Shown: positions 17,954 to 25,152 of the stretch, piece by piece
Layout: each line of letters opens with the position of its first letter
How positions within the stretch are numbered: the stretch's first letter is position 1
NCBI GenBank assembly: GCA_019323555.1
Contig: JAHWHC010000014.1
Location: 1-51,051 of the forward strand
Reading direction: 5' to 3'
Source of the DNA: Candidatus Woesearchaeota archaeon
GTDB taxonomy: Archaea; Nanobdellota; Nanobdellia; Woesearchaeales; ARS49
Length of the DNA: 51,051 nt
Made by a program: the position numbers and the translations under genes
The notes under the pieces: generated by a model
Database searches by the model: none
Told to the model about the DNA's origin: nothing
Seen by the model: the letters and a program-made list of their open reading frames with translations, nothing else

Positions 17954-18592
17954 GTGATTAGCATACTAAAAAAAGTCTTGAACTTGTTCCTTACTGACTG
18001 GTTTAAGTCTAAAAAAGATATTAAATTAGGCCTATACGGCCCGCCTAATTCTGGCAAGACTACTTTGGCTAATCGGATTTGTAAAGACTGGTTGGGAGAG
18101 GAGATGGGTTCTACTAGTAACGTGCCTCATGAGACAAGGGAGATTCATGTCAAGGAGCAGATAACCCTTAAGTCAAAGGATGGCAGAAAGGAGTTGCTGT
18201 TTAATCTGGTCGATACACCAGGTATTGCCACGAGGATAGATTATGAGGATTTCCTTAAGGCAGGCATGACTGAGAAAAAGGCAAAGAAGCGTGCTAAAGA
18301 GGCTACAAAGGGCGTTATTGAAGCTATCAAGTGGCTTGATGAGATGGATACTGTTCTTGTTGTTCTTGATGCAACAAAAGATCCGTATTCACAAGTTAAT
18401 ATCACGATAATTGGAAATCTTGCTGCAAGAGACATTCCTGTCTTGGTTGTGGCAAACAAGGTTGACTTGAAGAAGGCAAACATGAAGAAAGTTCAGGCAG
18501 CATTTCCGCAGTACCCTATTGTGGGAATATCTGCAAAGTATGGAAGAAAGGTCAAGGACCTTTACGAGAGTATATTTGATTTGATAAAATAG
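17954..18592 (+). CDS. Small P-loop GTPase
   Basis: GTG start with SD aggtgg. G1 GPPNSGKTT, G3 DTPG, G4 NKVD, G5 SAK. Confidence 0.8.
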   Translation: MISILKKVLNLFLTDWFKSKKDIKLGLYGPPNSGKTTLANRICKDWLGEEMGSTSNVPHETREIHVKEQITLKSKDGRKELLFNLVDTPGIATRIDYEDFLKAGMTEKKAKKRAKEATKGVIEAIKWLDEMDTVLVVLDATKDPYSQVNITIIGNLAARDIPVLVVANKVDLKKANMKKVQAAFPQYPIVGISAKYGRKVKDLYESIFDLIK

Positions 18593-18603
18593 GTGAAAAA
18601 AAG

Positions 18604-18993
18604 ATGGTAACACTGCAATTTATGCCGTACACAGAGATTGCAAGTCTTAGTTCAGTGGGCAGGATAAGAAAGCTTCTGAACATTGCAAAGCAGAACAAGA
18701 TAGTTCTATTGCAGGGAAGGCTTAAGAAAGATGAGGAGACCGAGCTGATAAAGGCGACAATGGAGGAGATTAACAGGGAGTTCAAGGGAATCGAGCTGGC
18801 TGTCATCAATCCAAAGCAGGAGGATACAGGCGGTTTTGAAAAGATAAAGAGTGATTTTGTTGAAATGCTTCTCGGAGACAGGTCTGGTATGACTATTATC
18901 GGCCCTGCAAATGTCGTCAAGTCTATAAAGAAGGATCCTGATAAGATAGAGCTTCTCACCAAAGAAAGCAAGAAAAAGAAGAGGAAGAAATAA
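18604..18993 (+). CDS. Conserved archaeal protein (DUF2073-like by recollection)
   Basis: 129 aa, SD aggtga. Includes the block IVLLQGRLKKDEETELIKATMEEINREFKGIEL. Sits between the GTPase and the Zn-ribbon gene. Confidence 0.5.
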   Translation: MVTLQFMPYTEIASLSSVGRIRKLLNIAKQNKIVLLQGRLKKDEETELIKATMEEINREFKGIELAVINPKQEDTGGFEKIKSDFVEMLLGDRSGMTIIGPANVVKSIKKDPDKIELLTKESKKKKRKK

Positions 18994-19370
18994 TGCCTCA
19001 TCAATGCGTTCGATGTGACTCTCTGTATGACGACGGTGCTCAGGAGATTCTGAAAGGCTGCCCTTGCGGCGGCAAGTTATTTTTCTATATCAAGAAGGAG
19101 CGGTTAGAGCAGGCTAAGGCAGAGGAGAAGATCGCGCTCTCTCCAGTACAGAAAGAGCAGATTGAGAAAGACATATATGACATGACTGGTATTGATGACC
19201 AGGACAGGCCCGTCGTTCTGGATCTTGAATCTATAAAAGTTCTTAAGCCAGGCAAGATTGAGCTGGATCTTGTCAAGCTTTTCAAGGGAGATCCTTTGAT
19301 TTTCAAGCTGGCTTCTGGAAAATACATCATTGATGTTGCAGAGACTTTTAGGCAGATGAGGAAGAAGTAG
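18993..19370 (+). CDS. Zn-ribbon protein (DUF2072-like by recollection)
   Basis: N-terminal CVRCDSLYDDGAQEILKGCPCGG four-Cys ribbon. TAATG overlap with the preceding gene. Confidence 0.55.
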   Translation: MPHQCVRCDSLYDDGAQEILKGCPCGGKLFFYIKKERLEQAKAEEKIALSPVQKEQIEKDIYDMTGIDDQDRPVVLDLESIKVLKPGKIELDLVKLFKGDPLIFKLASGKYIIDVAETFRQMRKK

Positions 19371-19463
19371 TTTCAAAAATAGACTATTACAACAAAAGAT
19401 TTATATATGAGAAATAAATTTATATACGTAGGAAGTTCATAATAAAAAACTTGAGGTGATTAT

Positions 19464-19844
19464 ATGGCTGAACCTAAGAATATCGCTTTGGTGATTCTAG
19501 GAGTTGTTGCGATTATCGCAGTTGTTGGATTAGTTCTGTTGTTCACTAGGACAGGTACAACTGGTGGAATAGTTACTATGGCAGGATGTGATTCCCCTGC
19601 AACACCGGTTCTTGCAGAACCAGGCATTAATCCAGCATTCTTGGCAATGTGGCAAGAAGCAGGATACACTTGTGTAAAAGCTCCTGGACAGGATGAGTAC
19701 AGTTTGCAGACCTGGTGCTGCACACCACCAGCAGGAGTTCCAGTTGATCCGCATTACCAGCCTGGAGAGGGTCCAATCCCACCAATATCCTATGATCAAG
19801 AGCCAGGATATCCGGATTACAGATATAACTGGGAAGGACAATAA
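19464..19844 (+). CDS. Small membrane-anchored Cys-rich protein (C...C...CC family, paralog of 23847..24113)
   Basis: SD gaggtgat, N-terminal TM ALVILGVVAIIAVVGLVLLF, then C..TPVLAE...EAGYTCVKA...WCCTPP and a Pro/Tyr-rich tail. Confidence 0.7.
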   Translation: MAEPKNIALVILGVVAIIAVVGLVLLFTRTGTTGGIVTMAGCDSPATPVLAEPGINPAFLAMWQEAGYTCVKAPGQDEYSLQTWCCTPPAGVPVDPHYQPGEGPIPPISYDQEPGYPDYRYNWEGQ

Positions 19845-19872
19845 ATTTATTTTTTTCTTTTAACTTATTACC

Positions 19873-20361
19873 ATGGTGCGACATTCTACACTTACATTTT
19901 TTTTGGTCTCTGTAGTTGCAATAGCAAGTCTTGCTCTTTTTTTTGATGCTGTGAATACTGGCAGTGTGATATCTAAGAGGGATTGCGCAGGTTATGCTTA
20001 TGAGCATGACATCCTGTTTAATGATATTATTTTCAAGGCGCAGGGTAAAGAAGGATACTATAGAGACACTATTGCTCTTTTTGATCCGTGCACAAATCAA
20101 GAAGTTGATGGCAGTTTTGAGGCATTTGTGCAGGCACCTCCTCTTCTGGGCTATGGGCGGTTTATGCTTGCTTCCGGCTCTATCTTTGCGTTTCAGGGTG
20201 CTCCTGAGCCAGGCAAGGGAAATATACTGTACTGGATGTGTCCTCCTGATGAGACCGGCTTTCAGCGTGCAAGAGTTGTAATGTATGATACAGAAGTCTG
20301 CAACACTTTTGGGGATTCTTTTGTCTTTGAAGATGCTGTGACTTCTAGAGGCGCACTTTAA
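19873..20361 (+). CDS. Membrane-anchored/secreted protein with 4 Cys, unknown function
   Basis: N-terminal hydrophobic segment TLTFFLVSVVAIASLALFF. An AT-rich TATA-like run lies about 26 nt upstream of the ATG. Confidence 0.55.
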   Translation: MVRHSTLTFFLVSVVAIASLALFFDAVNTGSVISKRDCAGYAYEHDILFNDIIFKAQGKEGYYRDTIALFDPCTNQEVDGSFEAFVQAPPLLGYGRFMLASGSIFAFQGAPEPGKGNILYWMCPPDETGFQRARVVMYDTEVCNTFGDSFVFEDAVTSRGAL

Positions 20362-20362
20362 G

Positions 20363-21319
20363 TTATTCTTTGTCTAGCACTATTCTCGCTATGTTGCTGA
20401 CCAGTGTTGTTCCTGTCTTGATGTTCTCTACAAGCTCCACTGTTTCTGCTGCTGTGTTTTTTGTTATTAGGCTCGTGCACTGTTTTACAAGCTCTATTCT
20501 TTTTCTTGCTACTGCATCTGCCAGTGCTTTGTCGTCAGAGTGCAGGGCTTTCATGACTGTCGTGTATTGCTTGTCTAACTCTTCGAGTATTGGTTTTATT
20601 TTTACAAGTTCTTTTTTGTCTATTTTTCCTGCAGTTGTGCACATGTGCTTTACGCAGTCTGCAAGATTTTCCAGGTTCATTGATAAGTACCAGCTTGGAA
20701 GTATCTGTGTTTTTTCTATTCCTATGTCTTCTGCTAATTGTGTGTTTGTCACTGCACTTTTCAATAGTCTTGATAAAAGGAAGTATAGTCGATTGACGTC
20801 ATAGTCCCTGAACACTATTGTTTCGTAATTGAATTTTTTGTCTTCTACGCCGTCTGCAATGTCTTTTAGCATTGTTCTTACAATCATGTCCATTCTTTTT
20901 ATTGTCTTGTCCACAGATATTTCTTTTAGGTTCAGGAGGTCTTTTGCGATTATGCTTTTTGCTGTCTGCTCAGATATCTCTAGTGCCACAAAGTCGTGCA
21001 GCATTTTTCTGATTTGTTTTACTTTTTCAGCTAGGCTGTCGCCGAATATTGTGATTGTGTTATAGTTGTTTACATATGCTGCTGTGATTTCTCTTTGTAT
21101 TGTGTCTAGCTCTTTTTTGTCTATATTGATTGTTATCTCTTTTTGTTCCTGCACCTCTTGCTCCTGGCTCTGTTCAGGCATGATCACTAGTTCTCTGTCA
21201 GATTTCTCAACAAGATACACATTATGTCCTTTCTCTAGGTTGTTCTTTTCAATCCACTTTTTTGGTAAAGAAACAGTGTGGCTGGCAGGTCCTGCCTTTA
21301 CAAGTCTTCTGATATGCAT
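20363..21319 (-). CDS. AbrB/SpoVT-domain plus PhoU-repeat regulator (archaeal PhoU-like phosphate uptake regulator)
   Basis: N-terminus MHIRRLVKAGPASHTVSLPKKWIEKNNLEKGHNVYLVEK is an AbrB-like swapped hairpin, followed by helical PhoU-like repeats. The start is set at ATG 21319, 6 nt after SD gaggtgat. Confidence 0.7.
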   Translation of the reverse strand: MHIRRLVKAGPASHTVSLPKKWIEKNNLEKGHNVYLVEKSDRELVIMPEQSQEQEVQEQKEITINIDKKELDTIQREITAAYVNNYNTITIFGDSLAEKVKQIRKMLHDFVALEISEQTAKSIIAKDLLNLKEISVDKTIKRMDMIVRTMLKDIADGVEDKKFNYETIVFRDYDVNRLYFLLSRLLKSAVTNTQLAEDIGIEKTQILPSWYLSMNLENLADCVKHMCTTAGKIDKKELVKIKPILEELDKQYTTVMKALHSDDKALADAVARKRIELVKQCTSLITKNTAAETVELVENIKTGTTLVSNIARIVLDKE

Positions 21320-21405
21320 TAAAATCACCTCATTTTGTAAGTATTAAACGTATATTTGATATTGTAAATACGTTACGCTTATATAAATTTTTTGTATAGT
21401 TCTGT

Positions 21406-22206
21406 TTGTGGGTGGCAAACATAGCTGCTCCCTATAGTGATAATATGACATTAACAGATACTAAACACAGAACAAGCAGCAGCGTGGATAGAATAGTTCT
21501 TAATGCTGAAAATGAGGCACTGCAAAGAGAAGTGGATCGGTTAAAACGTAAAACTCGGCAGCTAGAATCTCAGGAAATGCTGCGCGAGGCTGAAACAGCT
21601 GCAGATTTTACAGCTGGACAGATGGATCGCACAGTATATAACGTTCGTAATGCAAATTATGGCATGGATAAATTAGTGTCTGCAATAGATGGAATACGAA
21701 GATATGATGCTTTATTGTCAAAAACACAGGGTGTGCAGGTGAATCCCCATAGAGAGGCAGTTACTGTAGTATATCTCTGTATGAACCATTATCAGCACAA
21801 GAGAGATAATATAAGCAAGACATCAGCACTGCGTGAATTGACAGAGCTTACTGGCAGGATTAACAAGTATTTTGAGATGCGTTGCAGGCCTGCTGATTGT
21901 TTTGCTAAAGGAGGCTGGCAAGATCATATGTTTATGTTTGTGCTTCCTGCTACAGACAGGGCAGGCGCAAAGACATTTTTAGATCGGGTTGTTAGGGTTG
22001 CGATTAAAGGCCATGAAGGTGCAGTTGATATTTCTTATGGTATTGCTAATCATGCTGCAGATGTCCAAGAATTGCATCCGCGCGAAGAGTCACGAGCTAT
22101 TGCATCAAGATTATTAGATGCTGCCAAGAAGATAGCTAGGGATCAAAATTCTGAATTTGCTGGCAGGATTGAAAAAGAAGCACAGTATCAGCATGATGCA
22201 GCTTAA
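21406..22206 (+). CDS. Coiled-coil protein with degenerate GGDEF-like (palm/cyclase-fold) C-terminal domain, predicted catalytically inactive
   Basis: The domain aligns by eye to GGDEF landmarks. VTVVYLCMNHYQHKRDN sits in place of lallDiDhFKxiND, CFAKGGWQDHMFMFVLPATD in place of RyGGDEFxxllP, VDISYGIAN in place of SiGva, and LLDAAKKIARDQ in place of ADxALYxAK. The start is uncertain: TTG 21406, GTG 21412 or ATG 21445. Confidence 0.55.
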   Translation: MWVANIAAPYSDNMTLTDTKHRTSSSVDRIVLNAENEALQREVDRLKRKTRQLESQEMLREAETAADFTAGQMDRTVYNVRNANYGMDKLVSAIDGIRRYDALLSKTQGVQVNPHREAVTVVYLCMNHYQHKRDNISKTSALRELTELTGRINKYFEMRCRPADCFAKGGWQDHMFMFVLPATDRAGAKTFLDRVVRVAIKGHEGAVDISYGIANHAADVQELHPREESRAIASRLLDAAKKIARDQNSEFAGRIEKEAQYQHDAA

Positions 22207-22435
22207 GTCTATATTTCTTCATAAATACACTCTTGATGCTATATACTTACAAAACGTATATGCAGTATAGTAAGTACGTCAAATATATATAATTCATGCA
22301 ACACTATAGTAATTAAGATGAATAAAACCTGAGGGCAGGTACCTGTGACGCAGGGCGTAAAAGCACAGGATCTGAACACAGGCCAAGGCTGAACGCCAAA
22401 ACCAAACGCTAAATGCCTTGTCCGCTTACCCTTTT

Positions 22436-22456
22436 ATCCTTTATTCATCCTTTATT
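22436..22456 (+). repeat. Tandem direct repeat atcctttatt(c)atcctttatt
   Basis: Two exact 10-mers with an 11-nt period, immediately after the GC-rich island. Confidence 0.6.
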
Positions 22457-22623
22457 ATCATTGGCAACATTGAGAAACAGTGGAGCTTTGTTTATTTAAG
22501 GCAAAGAAAAACACAAATAGGCGAAAAACGCACAGCTCATACCGGAGCGGTTGTTGGCTATCTTGCCGCTCCATCAAAAATTTACAAAAATGACACTCAC
22601 TCAACCCCCCTCGAAACTTAAAA

Positions 22624-22671
22624 GGCGCGTGCTCACGAATTCTTCAATTCAGCGCGCCTCCCTTTTTTTTT
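22624..22671 (+). terminator. Hairpin plus T9 intrinsic-terminator-like element
   Basis: The outer stem has six G-C pairs plus one U-G pair, and the inner stem is 5 bp GAATT/AATTC with loop cttc. It is followed by tccc and nine T residues. Confidence 0.5.
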
Positions 22672-22741
22672 ATAGTTCTCCATTATTGTTCATTGACAGG
22701 CCTGCCTTTGTTGAAATGATGATCACGCAGATCAAGAAAAG

Positions 22742-23839
22742 ATGATATTCAAAAACCAGGCCCTGGTTAATAGGTTCAAAAGATTTGTTAATTCTATAAC
22801 CCCTAAAGATCGCATAGCAGTCATTCATCACACAGATCCAGACGGCGTCTGCTCAGGAGTTATAATCTCCAAAGTTGTTGAAAGAGTTCGCGGAAAGAAG
22901 ATTGATTTGCGTTTAAATCAAAAAGGAAATGTTCACGTCATAACCCCCAAGACTTTTAATTTATTGAAATCTAAAAAGATAAATAAGCTTATACTGACTG
23001 ATTTGGGTGCAGACGAAAACCCAAAATACCTGAAAAAGATGGAGGAGTTTGCAGATGTTTTATTGATAGACCACCACAAGATTTACAATAATCTGTCCTC
23101 TAAAAAAACAGTTTTTATCAAGCCGCAGCTTTTCTGCAGTATTGACCCTGCACGATACGCGACTGCAAAGATGTGCTATGATCTTGGAGGGCTGGTTGCA
23201 GATGTCTCTGATCTTGATTGGCTTGCTGCAGTTGGTTCTGTGGGTGATATTGCAACAAAGCCCTGGGCCTCCTGGCTTAACCGTGTTTTTAAGAGGTATA
23301 AGATCAAGAAACAGAAGGATTTGTTTAAGACAAAATTTGGGCAGTGTGCAATTCTCATCAGTTCTGCAGAATCATTTGATGTTAAAAATGTAAAACTTGC
23401 TTTTGATGTCTTGTACAAGGCAAAGTCATACAAAGATGTTTTAAGATCCAAACTGAAGACTTTTAGGAAAAAGATTGATGATGAGCTTCAGAAATATCTG
23501 AAACAGCTAAAGAAAAATGCTCTTTTTGAGAAAGACATAATCTATTATGAAGTTAAGCCAAAGTATCACACAAAATCACCATTGTGCACGATTCTCGGAT
23601 TGAAATATCCTCACAAGTCTGTCTTGGTTGCAGACATATCTAGAAACCCTGTCGGCATCAGCGGCAGACGCGGCGATGTCAAGATAAAGATAAACAAGTC
23701 ATTGGAAGATGCCTGCAAAGGCATTTCAGGAGCATCTGCAGGAGGGCATGCAGTCTCTGCAGGAGCTACAGTTCCTAAAAAACACTACAAAAAATTCAAA
23801 TCACGCTTATTCAATATTTTAAATAAAAAAAGGAGGTGA
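22742..23839 (+). CDS. DHH/DHHA1-family phosphoesterase (NrnA/RecJ-like)
   Basis: Motifs VIHHTDPDGVCSG (DxD), LTDLG, LLIDHH (DHH), GSVGD and the C-terminal DHHA1 motif SAGGHAVSAGA. Confidence 0.75.
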   Translation: MIFKNQALVNRFKRFVNSITPKDRIAVIHHTDPDGVCSGVIISKVVERVRGKKIDLRLNQKGNVHVITPKTFNLLKSKKINKLILTDLGADENPKYLKKMEEFADVLLIDHHKIYNNLSSKKTVFIKPQLFCSIDPARYATAKMCYDLGGLVADVSDLDWLAAVGSVGDIATKPWASWLNRVFKRYKIKKQKDLFKTKFGQCAILISSAESFDVKNVKLAFDVLYKAKSYKDVLRSKLKTFRKKIDDELQKYLKQLKKNALFEKDIIYYEVKPKYHTKSPLCTILGLKYPHKSVLVADISRNPVGISGRRGDVKIKINKSLEDACKGISGASAGGHAVSAGATVPKKHYKKFKSRLFNILNKKRR

Positions 23840-23846
23840 AATAGAA

Positions 23847-24113
23847 ATGGCAAAATGTAAGACAATGTCATCAAAGACAATTGTTGTTATGATGCTGGGC
23901 ATCTTAGTGATAGTTGCTATAGTTGGCTTAGTAATGACCATGAAATCACAAGGCACTGGCAAGGCAGTATATTCCTCTGTACAGATGTGTCCTTATGGCC
24001 ACACTAGTCAGGCATCAGATTCACCGGTTTTAGAAGCTAAGATAAAAGCAGGCCAAGAATGCAGAAAAGCAGCATACCCTGGCTGGCACTGCTGCAAGAC
24101 AGCTATGCGCTGA
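23847..24113 (+). CDS. Small membrane-anchored Cys-rich protein (C...C...CC family, paralog of 19464..19844)
   Basis: SD ggaggtga, TM VVMMLGILVIVAIVGLVM, then C..SPVLEA..KAGQECRKA...WHCCKTA. Confidence 0.7.
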   Translation: MAKCKTMSSKTIVVMMLGILVIVAIVGLVMTMKSQGTGKAVYSSVQMCPYGHTSQASDSPVLEAKIKAGQECRKAAYPGWHCCKTAMR

Positions 24114-24133
24114 TCATATTGTTTGCATCACAT

Positions 24134-24154
24134 AAAACTATTTAAAATAGTTTT
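24134..24154 (+). promoter_or_regulatory. Palindromic TATA-like element upstream of the GGDEF gene
   Basis: aaaactattt-a-aaatagtttt has perfect 10-nt arms and is centred 25 nt upstream of ATG 24169. Confidence 0.45.
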
Positions 24155-24168
24155 ATTACCGTTTTTTT

Positions 24169-25152
24169 ATGGCTTATGAAGAGATATTGCTGAAGTTTTT
24201 GGACTTGCTTAACTCTGCAATGAACGTCGACCAGGTCCTTCAGCGTAGTTGTGACTTCTTTTATACAGAATTCCGGCTGGCAGACTGCTCAATAGCATTC
24301 AATAAAACTGAAAAAAGGCAGAACAATGCCCCGCAAGGCATGCAGGATGTTGAAAAAGTCATCAAGAGCCAGGTTCTTGACTCTAATTCTTTTCTGTTTA
24401 TCAAGGACCCAAAGTCAGATATATCTCTTTCTGATTGTAAGGGTGCTAAGGCAATAGATAACCCTATCCTTGCTTTTCCAATTCCTCATGAGCAGAAGGC
24501 AGTTGGTGTCTGTTTTTTTTATTCTAGCATTGACTTAAGCAATTATATTGAGCTTGTCTCCCTGCTTCTCTCTAAGATGGCTGTTGCCTGCTCAAGAGCA
24601 AAGTATTTTGAGGACGCGCAGCACTGTGCTATCACAGATCTTCTCACTGGCCTGTATAATAAGGCATATTTTATTGAGGCTATCAAGACAGAGATTGCTC
24701 GTGGAAAGCGCAATCAAAAGCCTCTTTCCTTGGTCATGTTTGATTTTGATAATTTCAAGGAATTGAATGACACCAAGGGGCATATGGAGGGAGACAGGAT
24801 CTTGAAAGAAGTTGGTAGGCTGCTCAAGGAGCAGATTCGCTCAATGGACATCCCTTGCAGGTATGGGGGAGAAGAATTTACTATCATTCTGCCGGAGACA
24901 GCGCAGGATGATGCGTTTTCTATTGCTGAACGGCTGAGAAAGTCTGTTGCAGATGCATTTTCTGGCTTGACAACTATCTCTTTAGGTGTTGTCACCTGCA
25001 TGAATTCCAGCATTGATGCTGACACCATGGTTAAGCAGGCAGATGCTGCGCTCTATAAGGCGAAGAATCTTGGAAAGAACAGGACTGTTAATTTTGTTGT
25101 GATTGATAAGAGCATTGCCCCCATTGATGTTCAGGCAGCAATAGGCAAGTGA
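24169..25152 (+). CDS. Diguanylate cyclase: N-terminal sensory (GAF-like?) region plus intact GGDEF domain
   Basis: DLLTGLYNKAYF, LVMFDFDNFKELNDTKGHMEGD and GGEEF (aa 233-237, nt 24865-24879). The RSMD I-site lies 5 residues upstream. Also ISLGVV and ADAALYKAKNLGKNR. Confidence 0.85.
   Translation: MAYEEILLKFLDLLNSAMNVDQVLQRSCDFFYTEFRLADCSIAFNKTEKRQNNAPQGMQDVEKVIKSQVLDSNSFLFIKDPKSDISLSDCKGAKAIDNPILAFPIPHEQKAVGVCFFYSSIDLSNYIELVSLLLSKMAVACSRAKYFEDAQHCAITDLLTGLYNKAYFIEAIKTEIARGKRNQKPLSLVMFDFDNFKELNDTKGHMEGDRILKEVGRLLKEQIRSMDIPCRYGGEEFTIILPETAQDDAFSIAERLRKSVADAFSGLTTISLGVVTCMNSSIDADTMVKQADAALYKAKNLGKNRTVNFVVIDKSIAPIDVQAAIGK

Larger units (their letters stand above)
22313..22671 (+). ncRNA. Candidate structured non-coding RNA or long structured leader (unclassified)
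   Basis: Lies in a 535-bp gene-free interval. The TATA aaatatatataa at 22281-22292 is followed by a GC-rich island (about 22328-22432, roughly 55% GC by hand count in an AT-rich genome). There is a 7-bp hairpin GGAGCGG/CCGCTCC (22544-22572) and a compound hairpin GGCGCG..GAATTcttcAATTC..CGCGCC (22624-22658) followed by T9 (22663-22671). Confidence 0.3.

Noticed and set aside
22328-22432. The GC-rich island as RNase P RNA, SRP RNA or a GEMM-I c-di-GMP riboswitch. Local strings such as gagggcagg, gccaaggc, ACGCAGGGCGTAAA and ACGCTAAATGCC look superficially similar.
   Set aside because: - There is no GGAAAGTCC (CR-I) or ACAGAA/GGCTTA P4 partner on either strand.
- There is no SRP helix-8 GGAA...AGCA motif.
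- The ACGC-containing strings sit in a loop closed by CCTGTG/CACAGG, rather than in the two-hairpin GNRA/receptor arrangement of GEMM-I.

The region is kept only as an unclassified RNA candidate.
22418-22745. Track ORFs 22418-22621 and 22551-22745 inside the long intergenic interval.
   Set aside because: They have no SD or appropriately placed TATA and an odd composition. They overlap the hairpin and terminator structures. The second also runs into the DHH gene start in another frame.
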